From positions 165,441 to 200,450 of the forward strand of contig NW_025215377.1 in NCBI RefSeq assembly GCF_004010195.1: 35,010 nucleotides of DNA, given 5' to 3'. The notes below the pieces were generated by a model. That model did not search any database and was not told the origin of the DNA. It saw only the letters and a list, made by a program, of their open reading frames with translations. Positions 33,754-35,010 of the stretch are shown piece by piece. How positions within the stretch are numbered: the stretch's first letter is position 1; each line of letters begins with the position of its first letter. Made by a program: the position numbers and the translations under genes. This DNA is from Chiloscyllium plagiosum. Its lineage: Eukaryota.

Positions 33754-33871
33754 CTTTCGGGTCCACCTGAGCCAGGTAAGTGAGGGTGCAGCTATTGGCA
33801 CTGTTGGTTTCAACCAGGTATCCAGTCTGAACTGAAACCGCCCGAACTCGTTCCTTCCTAGGTGGGTATTT
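33754..33871 (-). CDS. STARD10: Internal coding exon (118 nt) of STARD10 (right copy); upstream exons lie right of the window
   Basis: cccctcag|AAA TAC CCA...GAC CCG AAA G|gtaagt = KYPPRKERVRAVSVQTGYLVETNSANSCTLTYLAQVDPKG, matching human KYPPRKDLVRAVSIQTGYLI...TYLAQVDPKG. Confidence 0.95.
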
Positions 33872-33973
33872 CTGAGGGGACAGGGCAACAAAGGAAACTG
33901 AAAATCAATCAGGACCAACCTTTAATGTTGTAGGATTTCATTCAGATCAACCATGATCAGTCCAAAGATATTC

Positions 33974-34340
33974 GGGTGGGATTGGCCACGCTAAATTACC
34001 CACAGTGCCCAGGGATGTGCAGGTTAGGGTGGATTGGCCAAGCTAAATTACCCATAGTGCCCAGGGATGTGTAGGTTAGGGTGGATTGGCCACGCTAAAT
34101 TACCCATAGTGCCCAGGGATGTGTAGGTTAGGGTGGATTGGCCGTGCTAAATTACCCATAGTGCCCAGGGAGATGAGCAGGTTAGGGTGGATTGGCCGTG
34201 CTAAATTGTCCCCATAGTGCCCAGGGATGAGCAGGTTAGGGTGGATTGGCCGTGCTAAATTGTCCCCATAGTGCCCAGGGATGAGCAGGTTAGGGTGGAT
34301 TGGCCGTGCTAAATTACCCATAGTGCCCAGGGATGTGTAG
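33974..34340 (+). repeat. Minisatellite, ~7 x 52-53 bp, expanded inside a V-SINE
   Basis: Unit aggttagggtggattggccgtgctaaattacccatagtgcccagggatgtgt; the SINE tail resumes at ~34345. Confidence 0.92.
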
Positions 34341-34756
34341 GGTAAGGTGCATTAGTCGGGGGTAATGTAGGGGAATGGATCTGGGTGGGTTCAGTGTGGA
34401 CTTGTTGAGCCGAAGGGCCTGTTTCCGCACTGTTCGGACAAAATGTAGGGAATCAATTAGTGAACCAGATGAGCTTTTCCGATGATGGATTCACGCTCAT
34501 CATTAGACTCTTCAATCCAGATACTTATTCAGTTCAGATTCTACCATCTGCCTGTGGCTGGATTCGAACCCAGGTCCCCACAACATTGCCATTGTTGGGT
34601 GGGGATCTGGATTAACAGTTCTGCAATAGTACTACTGCACAATCCCACTGAAACAAGCCGCAGAAGCTAAGGAAGGAGATTTATTGTATCCTAGGGAGCC
34701 ACTGGTATTAATTCCACCTCTGCAGGAGATTGAAAACGAATACTTTTGTAATTGTA

Positions 34757-35010
34757 AGGCTCAGTGATTAACACCGCTGCCTCAAAGTGCCAGGGACCCA
34801 AGTTCAATTCCAGCCTCGGGTGACTGTCTGTGTGGAGTTTGCACATTATTCCCCCCGCGTGGTTTTCCTCCGGGTGTTCTAGTTTCTTCCCACAATCTAA
34901 CAATGTGCAGGTTAGAGTGAATTGGCCATGCTAAGTTACCCATATTGCCTAGGGATGTGCAGGTTAGGGTGGATTGGCCGTGCTAAATTACCCATAGTGC
35001 CCAGGGATGT
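34757..35010 (+). mobile_element. V-SINE whose body continues into the same 52-bp repeat; runs off the window
   Basis: Head and B-box, V-domain, then two repeat units. Confidence 0.8.

Overview
Eukaryotic, repeat-rich vertebrate DNA. The repeat landscape (HE1-type V-SINEs with TCTAA tails, HER1/CR1 LINEs, Penelope-like elements) points to a shark; the taxon is inferred. The only host gene I can support is STARD10 (PCTP-like START lipid-transfer protein) on the minus strand, and its exons are out of order for a single gene. The last three coding exons (33754-33871, 29008-29060, 24561-24788) end in a stop and AATAAA. About 24 kb further downstream lie a CpG-rich promoter and a first coding exon (116-274). 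This implies either tandem STARD10 paralogs or mis-ordered contigs across the two N gaps (7062-7561, 14855-15300). Most of the rest is decayed, nested transposable elements. The most notable non-genic structure is a set of small palindromic Penelope-derived insertions carrying minimal hammerhead-ribozyme-like cores on both arms, several flanked by 13-14 bp target-site duplications. There are also two short templated inverted insertions, TA-flanked MITEs and TE-derived minisatellites. There is no CRISPR array, rRNA or true tRNA gene.
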